Part shown: one piece after another, positions 13,535 through 25,998 of the stretch | Numbering within the stretch: position 1 is the first letter of the stretch | Layout of the letters: every line of letters starts with the position of its first letter | DNA from: Fimicolochytrium jonesii | Lineage: Eukaryota | Assembly: GCF_025526975.1 (NCBI RefSeq) | Contig: NW_026515679.1 | Location: 372,001-436,000, forward strand | DNA: 64,000 bases | Direction of reading: 5' to 3' | Position numbers and translations under genes: made by a program | The notes under the pieces: generated by a model | The model's input: the letters and a program-made list of their open reading frames with translations, nothing else | Databases searched by the model: none | What the model was told of the DNA's origin: nothing

Positions 13535-14551
13535 TTAGATAGTGCGTTGTTGTGGCACCGGTCCGGCGGGTTCGTGTGATCTTTTGAAGTCAGCCTCCAC
13601 ATCCCCACTTGCCTCTTCCTCGACCGTCTTCCTCCCTGCTACGATATAATTCATCTCCAGATCCCCGAAACCTCCCCCATCCAATATCCTCCACCTCTTC
13701 CCTACCACATCATACCCCAATCCTCTCGCTCTCCCCGTACTCTCACACCCACTCTCCGCCATCCAACCCTCCAGCTCCCCCGGCGTGATATATTTGTCAT
13801 GTTCGTGCGTCCCTCGTGGCACCCACCCCAAAACATTCTCCGCGAGAAGAATTGTGAAGAAGTAAGATAGGGCAGTGCGGTTGATGGTGGAGAAGAAGAC
13901 TAAACCGCCCGGTTTGGTGAGCGAGCTGCACAGGTGGGTGAACTGGCGTGGGTTGGTGACGTGTTCGATGATCTCAAGAGCGCAGACTATATCGAAGATC
14001 TCGTTATCAGCAACTAGTTGCTCAGCCGTCGTGTGCAGATAGGTGGGGTTATCTCGCAACATGGGGTCCTGTTGAGCATGCAGTTTCGCAATCGCAATAT
14101 TCTCGAACCCCGCGTCGGCCCCGATTACAGTTGCACCCAAGCGTGCTAGGGCTTCGGAGAGGAGCCCGCCGCCACAGCCAATGTCGAGGATACGGAGTCC
14201 GGTGAAGGGTGCATTTGGGGAATGTGATTTGAGAAGGTTGGATCTGAACACTTCATCCCGGACATACCGCACGCGAACAGGGTTCATGCGGTGGAGGAGC
14301 TCATATTCGCCGCGCGGGTTCCACCATTCGGAGGCGGCGCGGTTGAATTTGGCGATTTCGGAGTCGTCGACTGACGAAGATGTTGCGGACGACGGTGATG
14401 TTGAGGATGTTGAGTGGGTGCGGAAGGGGGAAATTAACTTTGCAGCCTCAGTGCAGACGAGCGGCGATGGTCTCGAAAACGGCGATCGAGTTGCTATTGC
14501 TGTCCGTAGCGCCGTTCGTGCCAGACGGCCGCCGGGGAATGCGATACGCAT
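13535..14551 (-). CDS. COQ3: Ubiquinone biosynthesis O-methyltransferase, mitochondrial; intronless
   Basis: Arg/Ser-rich presequence from MRIAFPGG; SVDDSEIAKF..A.EWW, LHRMNPVR, ILDIGCGGGLLSEALARLGA, LEIIEHV, GTHEHDKYITP. Confidence 0.95.
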   Translation of the reverse strand: MRIAFPGGRLARTALRTAIATRSPFSRPSPLVCTEAAKLISPFRTHSTSSTSPSSATSSSVDDSEIAKFNRAASEWWNPRGEYELLHRMNPVRVRYVRDEVFRSNLLKSHSPNAPFTGLRILDIGCGGGLLSEALARLGATVIGADAGFENIAIAKLHAQQDPMLRDNPTYLHTTAEQLVADNEIFDIVCALEIIEHVTNPRQFTHLCSSLTKPGGLVFFSTINRTALSYFFTILLAENVLGWVPRGTHEHDKYITPGELEGWMAESGCESTGRARGLGYDVVGKRWRILDGGGFGDLEMNYIVAGRKTVEEEASGDVEADFKRSHEPAGPVPQQRTI

Positions 14552-14786
14552 GTCGTCCTTTGCTGTTGACGCTTGCGAATGTGGTTGATCGTAAGAGAGA
14601 GTAAAGAGTGTCAAGACGCGAACGGTGGGCAAGGGAGGACGCCCTTTCCACAACGCCCCATCTCCAGCCATTCCTCCACCCTCCACAGCAACATTTCCCG
14701 CTTATACCCTTGGGCAAAGGACGAATAACGGAGTTTCACATAGCTTCTCACCACTATATCGCTTTCATCAGCAGCATTCAACTACT

Positions 14787-17700
14787 ATGTTGTCCCACCA
14801 AGCAAAGTTTACAGATACACTCCGGGGCTATTTGGGAAAAGTCCACGCTTCTGAAGGCTTGGACGATTTGGAGGACGAAGATAGAAGTATCTTGGAACTC
14901 AGCACTACACAGGCGAATGGGGACGTTGAAGACTGGGAAGCCATCGTTGCAGATATCAAGGAAACGCTCGCGAAGCAGGAAGATTGGGCGCAGGATGGGG
15001 CAAACCAGTATCTATTGGAATCAGAGTTTGGGGGCAACGTCCCATTTCAGAACCCCTTCCGGTCTCTGCAGGCTGTCGCAGAGCTACCCCGGGATAGTGA
15101 CGTGGAGACTGTGGCTTATGAGGAACCACAGGTAGCCCCACCTCTTCCTAAACGCAGTGAGCCATCCCCCTCACCGGTGGTCGCATCGGAGAAACGGTTC
15201 GACAGAAGTTGGCTCCTAGAGCAGTGCGAGATACATCTCACTCAGGAGCCTGGCGCATTGACCGCTGCGGAGTTGGGCACTGACGTCTTTGCGATCTTGC
15301 GATCGAACCGGGGCGATGATGACATTCAGAGCGCTTTGGTCGATCTTCTGGGTTACTCTAATCTGGGCTTCCTTCACGAACTTCTTGGACATCGTCGGAA
15401 AATCGTCGAAACGATCACCGAACAGGCTCAGTATGAGAGCCCCCCGGCACCGGACAGAATTGAGTCCGCTCCAGCCTACCAACCGCGAGCACCTGTATAT
15501 GGAGCGCAGGTTACCGTCATGTCCGAGACAGAAAAGGTGCAGATGAAGCAACAGAGAAGGGAAGCGAAGAAACGGAACAAACTTACTCGAGAAGAAGACG
15601 ACCTGCTCGCCTCAGCAAGCATCCTGGGCTTCGAAGGACAGCATCTTCGAAAAGTGAGGGAAGAGCAGCTGCGAAATGGTCCGGAAACGACGGACAACGG
15701 ATTTGATCTGGTGCGTGCTCCCGAGGAGGAGCTGCCCAATGTTTATCGGTCAGGATCGGGCGGTTCCACCCTATCGATGTTCGGGACCCGGTTTGCCCTC
15801 CCCGTTGGAACAGAACGGGGGGATTACAAGGATTACGAGGAGTTGACCATCCCTATCGCGCAACCAGCACCGGTTCGCTCTACGGAGAGACGCGTGCCCA
15901 TCAGCGACTTGGATCCGTGGGCCCAACGAGGGTTCAAAGGCTACACAGCTTTGAACCGAGTCCAGTCCATAGTATATCCGATTGCATTCGGCACGAACGA
16001 GAACATGCTTGTCTGCGCACCTACTGGAGCTGGTAAAACGGACATTGCCATGCTGACCATCCTTCGGACACTAGCTCAGTTCCGCGAGGACGGATACCTG
16101 AGGAAGAACGACTTCAAGATCATCTACGTCGCCCCGATGAAGGCGCTAGCGGCCGAAATCGTTCGCAAGTTTTCTTCCCGACTGGGGAAGAGAGAGGAAG
16201 AGGGAGGTCTCGGCATTGCTGTGCGCGAGTTGACTGGGGATATGCAGCTGACGAAAGCGGAAATCGCAGCTACCCAAGTCATTGTGACGACGCCCGAAAA
16301 GTGGGACGTTGTCACTCGGAAGAGTGTCGGAGACACGGAATTGGCACAGAAGGTGCGCCTGCTGATCATCGATGAAGTGCATCTGCTTCATGAAGATCGT
16401 GGATCTGTCATTGAGAGCATCGTTGCGCGGACGTTGCGACAAGTGGAGTCGAGTCAATCGATGATTCGTATCGTTGGGCTGTCGGCGACGCTTCCCAACT
16501 TTGGGGACGTGGCCGCCTTCCTCGGGGTCAACAAGCAGCAAGGATTGTTTTACTTTGACTCGAGCTTCCGCCCTGTTCCGTTGGAACAGCATTTTATTGG
16601 AGTGAAGGGGAAAGCGGGGTCTCAGTTGGTGCGCAAGAAAATGGATGAAATTTGTTACGACAACGTCGCCGACCTTGTGCGGAACGGTGCACAGGTCATG
16701 GTATTTGTGCATTCGCGGAAAGACACTGTGAAGACTGCGATGATGCTGAGGGACGAGGCACTCAACGAGAATTCCCTCGGCATATTCGACACCACAGAAA
16801 ACCCGCAATATGGACTTGTGCTGAAGGAGGTGCAAAAATCGAGAAACAAGGAGCTGAGAGAGCTCTTCGCCACTGGGTTCGGAATCCACCACGCGGGAAT
16901 GCTACGATCTGACCGCTCACTGACGGAGCGGCTGTTCGAGAAAGGTCTCATCAAGGTCCTATGTTGTACGGCAACCCTGGCCTGGGGCGTCAACTTACCG
17001 GCCTACGCGGTCATCATCAAGGGTACGCAAGTGTATGACGCAAAGAAAGGAGGATTCATCGATCTATCCATCCTCGATGTTCTGCAAATCTTCGGTCGTG
17101 CTGGACGACCTCAGTACGAGGATCGTGGTGTCGGTTATATCCTTACATCGCACGATAAGCTCACTCACTACGTATCCTCCATGACTCAACAACATCCGAT
17201 CGAGTCTCAATTCGCCAATAACTTGACCGACAATCTCAACGCCGAGATTTCTTTGGGGACGGTTACGAATATGGACGAAGCTGTACGATGGCTGTCGTAT
17301 ACGTACCTGTACGCTCGGATGATGAAGAACCCTTTCCAATACGGGTTGAATTGGGCCGAGGTTCAAGAGGATCCCACCCTGGGCAAAAGGCGTCGGGACC
17401 TTATCAACAACGCTGCCAAAACTCTAGCCAAAACGCAGATGATCAACTATGACGAAAGGAATGGCTACCTTACACCCAAAGACTTGGGTAGAACTGCAAG
17501 CAGCTTTTACATCCAGACTGCCAGTATCGAGATTTTCAACAGCATGATGAGGCCTCGAATGACGGAGGCCGACGTGCTGAGCATGCTGAGTATGAGCACA
17601 GAATTCGACAACATCAAAGTGCGAGAAGAAGAGGTTCAGGAGCTGAAGGGCATGGAGGAGGGTTGCATGTGCGCCGTGAAGGGCGGGATCGACACAAATT

Positions 17701-20700
17701 ACGGGAAAACAAACATCCTGCTGCAGAGTTACATTTCTCGGACCCATGTGGAGGACTTCGCACTAGTGTCTGATGTGGGTTACGTTGCTCAGAACGCGTC
17801 GCGTATCCTACGAGCGCTCTTCGAGATCGCACTGGGTCGAAACTGGGGTCCAACCGCTTCCACAATCCTCTCGCTGTGTAAAGCGGTCGACAAGCGCATG
17901 TGGTCGTTTGAACATCCACTCAGTCAATTCGATCTCCCTGTGGAGATCATGAGGAAGCTGGAGAATGCTCCGAAGCAGTTGACGATCGAAGACATCCGGG
18001 AAATGGATGGCAGAGAGGTCGGCCAGCTTGTCCGCCATCAGAAGATGGGAAGAACTGTCGTCAAGTGCGCCGAGCACTTCCCATCATTGATTCTTGACGC
18101 TTCAATTGCCCCGATCACCCGCACCGTCCTTCGGGTCACGCTGACCATCACACCGGACTTTGTCTGGAACGATCGGGTTCACGGCATGGTAGAACCATGG
18201 TGGATATGGGTTGAGGATCACGAGAACACCGAGATTCTGTACAGCGAGTACTTCCTGTTGCATAAACGACAACAGGATGAATCCCAGAAGATCGGCTTTA
18301 CGATTCCGATTCCGACAACCTCATCGACAGTCGACCAGCTGCCGCCTCAAATCTTTATCCGAGCGGTTTCAGACCGATGGATTGGAGCCGACGTGATCAT
18401 TCCCGTGTCGTTCAAACATCTGATCTTGCCAAGCTTGAACCGGTCACCAGTCACTGAACTTCTTGCTTTGCAACCGTTGCCCATCTCGGCCTTACAAGAT
18501 CCCGTTCTGGAAGACATTTGCGCATCGAGATTCCAATATTTCAACCCGGTACAAACGCAGATCTTCCACACGCTGTACAGAAGCGAACACAATGTTCTGG
18601 TCGGCGCTCCCACGGGGTCTGGCAAAACTGTCGCAGCCGAGCTTGCAATGTGGGCTGCATTCCGTGAGCGACCCAACTCGAAAGTGGTCTACATCGCCCC
18701 GCTCAAAGCCTTGGTACGCGAACGAGTGTCGGACTGGAGGGCACGTCTCACTGGACCGATGAACCGGTCACTAGTCGAGTTGACTGGCGATGTAACACCG
18801 GACCTACGCACCATTCAGTCCGCCGACATCATCATCACGACGCCCGAGAAATGGGACGGCATCAGTCGTAGCTGGCAAACCCGTAAATACGTGACGGACG
18901 TTTCCCTTGTCATCATCGACGAAATTCACTTGCTCGGTGGCGATCGTGGACCGATCTTGGAAGTCATCGTGTCGCGTATGAACTACATCTCGTCACGAAC
19001 GCAAAAGAACATCCGAATCGTCGGATTGAGTACAGCGCTAGCGAATGCCAACGATCTTGCCGATTGGCTCGGAATCAAGGATGTAGGACTTTTCAACTTC
19101 CGACACTCTGTCCGCCCCGTCCCGTTGGAGATCTACATTGATGGATTCGCTGGAAAGCATTACTGTCCGCGCATGATGTCGATGAACAAACCCACCTACG
19201 CAGCGATTATGACACACTCGCCGACGAAACCCGTCATCGTTTTCGTCTCGTCCCGACGACAAACGCGACTAACCGCACAGGATTTGATCTCGCTATGTGG
19301 CTTGGACGAGAATCCCAAGCGCTTCCTGCACATGGCGGAGGAAGATTTGGAGATCCTTGCCTCGCAAGTCAAAGATCAATCCTTGAAGCTTTCTCTCGGA
19401 TTCGGCATTGGGCTCCACCACGCCGGCTTGATCGAGTCGGATAGGAAGCTATCTGAAGAGCTCTTCGTCAACGGCAAGATTCAGATTCTGATTGCTACCA
19501 GTACGTTGGCTTGGGGAGTCAATTACCCCGCACATCTGGTCGTCATCAAAGGAACGGAATTCTATGATGCCAAGGTCAAAGGCTATGTGGACTTCCAGAT
19601 CACCGACGTCTTGCAGATGATGGGACGTGCCGGGCGACCGCAGTTCGACGACTCCGGTGTGGCGCGCATTTTGGTTCATGATGTCAAGAAGAATTTTTAC
19701 AAGAAGTTCCTGCATGAGCCTTTCCCTGTGGAGAGCAGTCTGCATACTTGCTTGCATGATCATGTCTGTGCTGAGATTGTGGGAGGCGCAATCACAAGCA
19801 AGCAGGACGCTATGGATCACCTGACATGGACGTACCTATACAGGCGGCTCAAAATGGTGAGTCCTGCAGGATGTGTACGCTGTTGAATTCTCGTCATCTC
19901 ATACCTCTCTCTCGCTCTTGCCAGAATCCAACCTTCTATGGAGTCGAGGATCCAACACCCGGAGGCGTTAACGTATACATGTCAAAGCTTGTGGAAGACA
20001 CAATACGAGATCTGGAAGAGTCGACATGTGTCCAGGTGGACGGTGAATTCTCCCTGGCCCCAACAACGTATGGCAGGATCGCCTCCTACTACTACCTGCA
20101 CTTCACGAGCATGAAGGTCCTCAACCAACGTCTCGGACCGAACTTCAAGGCCCCGACTTTGGGATCCCGTCCATCAGACGGCGACTTCCCCGAGCTCTTG
20201 CGGATTCTTTGTCAAGTAGCCGAATACGATGAGTTACCCGTGCGCCATAATGAAGACAAGATGAACATCGAACTCGAAAAACTCGTGCCCATTCCTATCA
20301 ACTACACGGAGGATGCTAGCCAGTCCTCTTTCACTAGGAGCGACGGACCAATAGTTGAATACGATGACCCACACGCTAAAGCGTTCCTGCTTCTGCAAGC
20401 ACATTTGACTCGCCTTCGCAACATGCCGTGCGCCGATTATTTCACGGACATGGTGTCGGTGCTGGACCAATCCATTCGTGTGATGCAAGCCATGGTGGAC
20501 GTTGCCGCAGAGCATGGCTTCTTGTCAACCTGCCTTGGAATCATGAATATGATGCAATGCATCAAGCAAGCCACATGGCCAACAACGTCTTCCATCTTGA
20601 CATTGCCAAGGACGTCTCCGGAGCCCGTCAACAACCTCAAGTTCAATGGCTCGCCAGTCCGCACGCTCGCCCAGTTTACGCGCATGAGTTCGACCGAAGT

Positions 20701-21190
20701 GGATGGCGTCTTTTCCGCTGCAGGGTTCTCGCGCAACGACAGGGAGGAAATCAAAAGGGTAGTTTCGAACCTCCCCTCCATTGAAGTCAAGTGCCGCGTC
20801 CTGAACGCCGTAGAAAAAGTTCCAGGCCTCTGGGGCGTGGATGCGGGACAGGAATACGAGATCCGGGTCGAGATTGTCCGAAAGCGACCGTTCGGCGACG
20901 CGCCCAGTGGAGACCGTCAGTTGCGCGTGTACTCGCCAAAGTTCCCCAAGCCGCAGTATGAAGGGTGGTGGATCGTGCTGGGCGACGCGGCTGAGGATGA
21001 TGTCCTCGCGCTCAAGCGGCAGGCGGCCTCGGCCGATGGAGCGAGAGGCGCTAAACAGCAGCGGATGACAACCGGGTTGAGATTCATTGCCCCGGATGAT
21101 GTGGGCGAAGTGCAGCTTTCGCTCTTTGTTGTTAGTGATGCATATGTAGGGTTGGACGATGTCACCAAAATCAGGTTGCTCGTCAAGTAG
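14787..21190 (+). CDS. SLH1: Ski2-like tandem helicase Slh1/Rqt2/ASCC3 (two DExH + Sec63 cassettes); one intron ~19856-19924
   Basis: Two cassettes: [24 protein letters not shown] and [25 protein letters not shown]; Sec63 domains; C-terminal [12 protein letters not shown]. Lacks the Brr2-type N-terminus. Confidence 0.92.
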
Positions 21191-21474
21191 CCAGATCCCG
21201 TACTGTAGATACATCACATATTCCCATCCTCTCAAAACTTCTTAAAGGGGCTGCACCTAGATTACACCTCCAGATCCAGCCCTAATCTCTACATTCGTAA
21301 TGGCCATTCATGATGTGCGCCGCGACGGCTGAGACCTCTCAGTTGGGCTGCAGATATGTTGCACTTCGATCATCGCGTGCGTTCTTGAGAGTAACGGGCG
21401 TGGAAACAAATTTCAAGATACATCCAGAAAATAGAGCAGAACTTGGAAAGTACTCTATTGATCTCAACAGCGTT

Positions 21475-23082
21475 CTAAAAAGACATGACCCCTTCATTTA
21501 CATTCCCCTGTTGTGGTTGGGGATTTGCATATGGATCCTGTGTCCCCGTTTGTGTCGAGGAAGTCGCGCTCGTCAAAGGTTGTTGCTGCTGCTGTTGGGG
21601 ACTTGGCACAGCCTGCTGCGGAGAGGGTTGTGCTGGCTGCTGTGGGAGCTGCTGTTGCTGCGACTGTGGGGCCGCTCTAAGAGGGTGTGGGAAGGCCGAG
21701 ATGATCGGCGGTGGAGGTTGCTGTTGTGGTGGAGGCTGCTCGGGCGACTTTCCTGCGGCGGAAGCAATCGTGGGTGATATCCAATCTACGGACATCAGAA
21801 TCGCGAATGTGCATAGTCCTATCCCTGCAGATTGGGAGACACAACCTGTCAGACATCGGTTGCATAAGACAGGACCGTGCCACAGTGATAACTCACAAAC
21901 AATGAACCGCGTCGTCTCCACTTTCATAGTTTCGATCTTCGTTTTCAGATCACTAATTTTGACTATGAGCTTATGGTGAATCTCTTGAATGCTCAGATCC
22001 GTATCCGTCCCAATCTCCCGCCCATCTGTTTTGTGGTTGTTCAGGTCCATGGATACATCCGATTTGAGATTTCCCACAAGTTCAGAAAACTTGGCGTTCA
22101 TTGTTTCTGTGTCCCTCAATATCTGTTCCGTGTCTGATTTGAGTTGCGCCGAGTCGTTCTGGCGAAGAAGCTGCAGTTCGTTGCGGAGCTCTTGCAGATG
22201 AGCTTTATACAGGTATGTTTGCTGGGGCGGATATGCTGGTCAGTCATCTGGAAGAATCCGAGCAAGGTTCCCAATCGAGACTCACGTTCTCCAGATCGGT
22301 CTTCGATAGGATGCCAGATCTTATGGAAAGTGTGCTGATTGGAAACGGGGATAAGTATCGATGATCAAGTCACGAACCCTGTCAAGGCTTTCCAGAAACC
22401 AACCTATCCACTAGAACGGCATTGATGCTCTTCATGATAGCAACAGCCTGTCCACGTGTAAACCCTTGACGCTCTAATTGTCTGACTAACTTGTATGTAT
22501 CAAAATTGAACCGGGAGGTTATCGTCCTCCTTTGCCCTGGCCTAGTTGCGCCGGCGCCACCTAAAGACTGTCGGGCCTCTGGTTCAAGCATTGCAGATGC
22601 AGAGCGGATATACTCTGACATGGCAGTCCGCGTTGACGGACCGAAAGTCATTGCTCGCGAGTTCTCGGGAGATTGCACGGCCGCAGGAGTTCCTGGCCGG
22701 CTCCGACGGAACGCTAGCCACCATGCCGCGTTGTTGGTGTGGGATGAGGAGGTTTGAGTTTGGCGAGTTTTCGAGTCAGATGTTGCGGCTTTGCCGTTTG
22801 CTGACGATGGCTGGGGCGCTGGGGTATGAGCGGATGAGGAGGACACATTGCGGTGCCTTCTTGGGCCTCTCGACACTGGAAGAATGCTTAGTGGAATATA
22901 GCCGCCAGACGGCCCAAAGAGTAGTACATTCCCCGGCTTCGGCACTTTGGCTATTCCCAGGAGGACAAGGGGGACACCCAGTCAGCAACTGCACTTCGAT
23001 GCACTGTGTCCAATGTCACAGCAATCTACGAACCCATACCTGCCGCACACGCACGAAAGGCGAGGTGGTTGAACCTCCCCAT
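21475..23082 (-). CDS. DUF1640 / CCDC90-MCUR1-Fmp32 family mitochondrial coiled-coil membrane protein
   Basis: Spliced start MGRFNHLAFRACAA|AKVPKP (presequence-like); FDTYKLVRQLERQGFTRGQAVAIM head motif, coiled coil, C-terminal TM segment, then Q/P-rich tail. Confidence 0.8.
21560..21745 (-). repeat. Low-complexity CAG/CAA/CCA-rich coding tract (polyQ/P tail)
   Basis: Encodes PPPQQQPPPP...SQQQQLPQQPAQPSPQQAVPSPQQQQQQP. Confidence 0.7.
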
Positions 23083-23300
23083 ATCCGTCACACTCGGTCG
23101 AAGTTATTCCAACAAATAGTCGAAGGACAGGGACAGTTAGCAGTACGTGTTGGTTGCGTTGGTTCTGCGGATGTTGACATGCTGAACTGGAGTCAGAACT
23201 TGGTCGGAATTGATCACCAGATAAAACGCGACTGTCCCTCCTGCATCTCCATGCCCCCCTCGGCTTTCCACCATTCCACTACCCGTTGCTGGAACTAGCG

Positions 23301-24907
23301 ATGAGCGATATACCCGTCCAGACTTCGGCAGGCCAACTGGAGACTCGAGGAACACCGGAGCCTGAAAACAGAGCAGCGGTCGACCACTCGCGTACGGTTG
23401 ACGGAATTGGGACGCCCAAGAGAGCAGCGGACGATGGAGCAACCGACCCGTCGGTGAGCCCTGAGGAGAAGGGCAAGGCAGAGGCGGGGCTTCCAAAACA
23501 GCCAGCTTTGAAGAAAACCAAGACTGGCATTGCTCGGGAGAAGATAGAAGATACACTCACCTGTGCCATTTGCCTCTCGGGTTTGCACCAGGCCGTCAGT
23601 TGCCAGCCTTGTCTTCATAGGTAAGCCCGTGGGTGTAGGAAGTACATCCCATTGCAGACTCTGCTGATGCTTCCGCGTCACTCATATCTCTTTATGTCTT
23701 TCTCTAGTTTCTGCGGGTATGCTATTGAAAGGTCTTGCACTCGGAACACGTCGAAAGTGAACTAAAATGTTGCTCGAGCAGAGGATGTTTGACGGGATGG
23801 ATAAAATCTGGACATAGTGCAAAATGCCCGCAGTGCCGAGGCACTATCACTATGGCGGGATGGAATCACAATCTGAATGCACTGCTCGAAGCCTACCTGA
23901 CATTGAATCCGAGCAACGCACGAAGTGAAGAGGAAATCAAGGACCTCGAGACAGCCAACATGTTCGGCCCAGGCGACAAACCTATGCGGTTAGCGGATAC
24001 GTCTCATCAGGACGAATTTCTCAGTGCCAGTGAGGATTCATACGAAGACGATGAGGATGAGGATGACGATGATGGACTTCCTCCGCTCCATGCGTGCCCG
24101 TGCCCACTCCGATCCGCGGCCGGACCTCTCAGGGGCTTTCAGTTTCATAACATACCGCCTGGCTCGTTTTCCGAGAATCGATTCGAGCAAACACTGCTTC
24201 GAAACTACCTAACCGAAAAGCGCTTATCCGTGAACAGCGTTTGGCTCAGTGGGTTGGACGACATCCAGCATGGAAGATACATATTGGAAACGATTCTGGG
24301 GCAGCATAAAGTACGACGCGCAGTTGTCAACACCAATGGAGGCGACGCAAATGCTGCCCAAGTGACCGACGGACAAGCCAACGCGGGACCGCAACCAACA
24401 GGCAATGCCCACGAGGCGACCAACGGAGAAGGCGCCGCAGGATCGCAGCTAGGTGTCGATGCTGACGCAGCGACTGACAGAGAACCCTCCGCAGGGCTGC
24501 AACCAGTTGCTAATGCCGATGAAGCAACTGATGGAGAAGCCAGCGCGGAACCCCTTCCCGATATCGAAGATGCCGAGCATAACGCTCCAGAACCTGGAGC
24601 AGCTGCTCAACCCAATGCGCAACAGGCGCCAAGCAATCCCAATATCCTTCCCGAATTGTGCATATTCTGCTGCACCAGCATTTTCGAAGAACTATGCTAC
24701 CTATACCGTGAAGACTTGTGTCTGAATGACCCCAGCAACAGCTTCCTTCCAGCTGAGGCTCGCAATAGGCCGAATTGTTGGTACGGGCGCGAATGCCGAA
24801 CGCAGCGTCACAACGAGTCGCATGCGAGGCGACTCAATCATGTTTGCGCGCCTACTCCCAACCCGAACGCAAGAAACCGTGCTGTCCCGCTGCTGGGTTC
24901 TGTGTAA
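23301..24907 (+). CDS. CHFR-like RING E3 ubiquitin ligase (RING, Cys-rich region, PBZ), no FHA domain
   Basis: RING CAIC..CQPCLH(S)FCGGC..W..CPQCR assembled through a 9-nt microexon (23708-23716); [19 protein letters not shown]...[28 protein letters not shown] (CHFR-type C-terminal PBZ). Confidence 0.85.
24350..24565 (+). repeat. Degenerate 54-bp coding tandem repeat, 4 copies
   Basis: Units start at 24350, 24404, 24458, 24512: [18 protein letters not shown] / [18 protein letters not shown] / [18 protein letters not shown] / [18 protein letters not shown]. Confidence 0.75.
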
Positions 24908-24929
24908 ATAGTTTCCAATTTTAGTTGCA

Positions 24930-24959
24930 CCCCCCCCCCCCTCTCCCCCCCCCTCCTCC
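24930..24959. repeat. Poly-C / C-rich tract between convergent CHFR-like and RPL13 3' ends
   Basis: C12 run followed by TCT and a C9 run, directly visible. Confidence 0.8.
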
Positions 24960-25180
24960 GTAGGTGCCTCAGTATGGTATTGGCTCTCGAAGCTCGGCGT
25001 GTTGTAGATACTGGCATATTCCTTTCGACCCCGTCTTCCGTCTTCTTACATACATACCCAACTTTGCGGAATATTGTCCGCAATGGCAATCTCATGAACC
25101 AACGGCGATCTCCCGTGCAAGAAGCTGCAAAATGATATATTGAAACGAAAGTGGTGAAAAGATGCCTATCGAATCGGGCT

Positions 25181-25998
25181 CTATTTCTTGGCCTTCTCCT
25201 CCTCCTCAGCCTTCTTCGCACGAGCTTCCCTGACACCCTTGAGCTTCTTGTCAGAGCGAGCCTTGCGAAGAGCGGCGTAAGCGTGGACCTTTGGCTTGTC
25301 CCCGAGGGGACGCTCAACGTCAGTGTTGGCGAGCTGAACGATGGGGAGGATGGCTCCACTAAGTTGAGTGGCGGCACCGGTGGCGGCGGCCTATGAATAC
25401 ACGATGTGTTTTGTGAGCAAAACACCATATTCCGATTGTGGTTCAGTGGCCTAAGTGGAATACGTACGTCAGAGTCACCTTTCTTGGGCTTGTTCGCTTT
25501 CTTGGGGAACACAATCAAGCGGGCGTGGTACTCCTTCAGACGCTGAACGTTGGCCTCGAGACCTTCGGTAGAGCGGTTTTTACGACGATGGTCGACCGCA
25601 ATGCCGATGGAGCGAGCCTCCTTTCGGCGGACACCGGCGGCCTACAAAAGCGATTCGGATCGGGCATAAATTCTCTCTGCGCTTGACACAGTTCCTCCTT
25701 TTCACCTTTCTCCGCAGACAACTCCAGCCCCAGAACACCACCCCTTCGCAAAGCCCACCTTCAACTCCTCGAGGGTGAAACCACGGCCAGCCCTCAGCTT
25801 CATGTTGTACTTGACAGTCTGGCCACGGACGGCGGGGCGGAGGAGACCGTCGACGGGGCGAGGAGCCAAAAGGGCGGCCTTCTTAATCCTCTGCACACGG
25901 CGGGACTTCTTCTTTCCGGGCTGATCGAACCACGTGCGGACGTGGAGCTGCCAGTCCTTGCGGAAGTGCTGGTTGGGCAGAACGTTGTTGTGCTTCAT
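25181..25998 (-). CDS. RPL13: 60S ribosomal protein eL13, two introns
   Basis: [65 protein letters not shown]. Confidence 0.97.

Noticed and set aside
21485..21979. Cys-rich, metallothionein-looking + strand ORF
   Set aside because: It is the antisense reading of the CAG/CAA polyQ tail of the DUF1640 gene.
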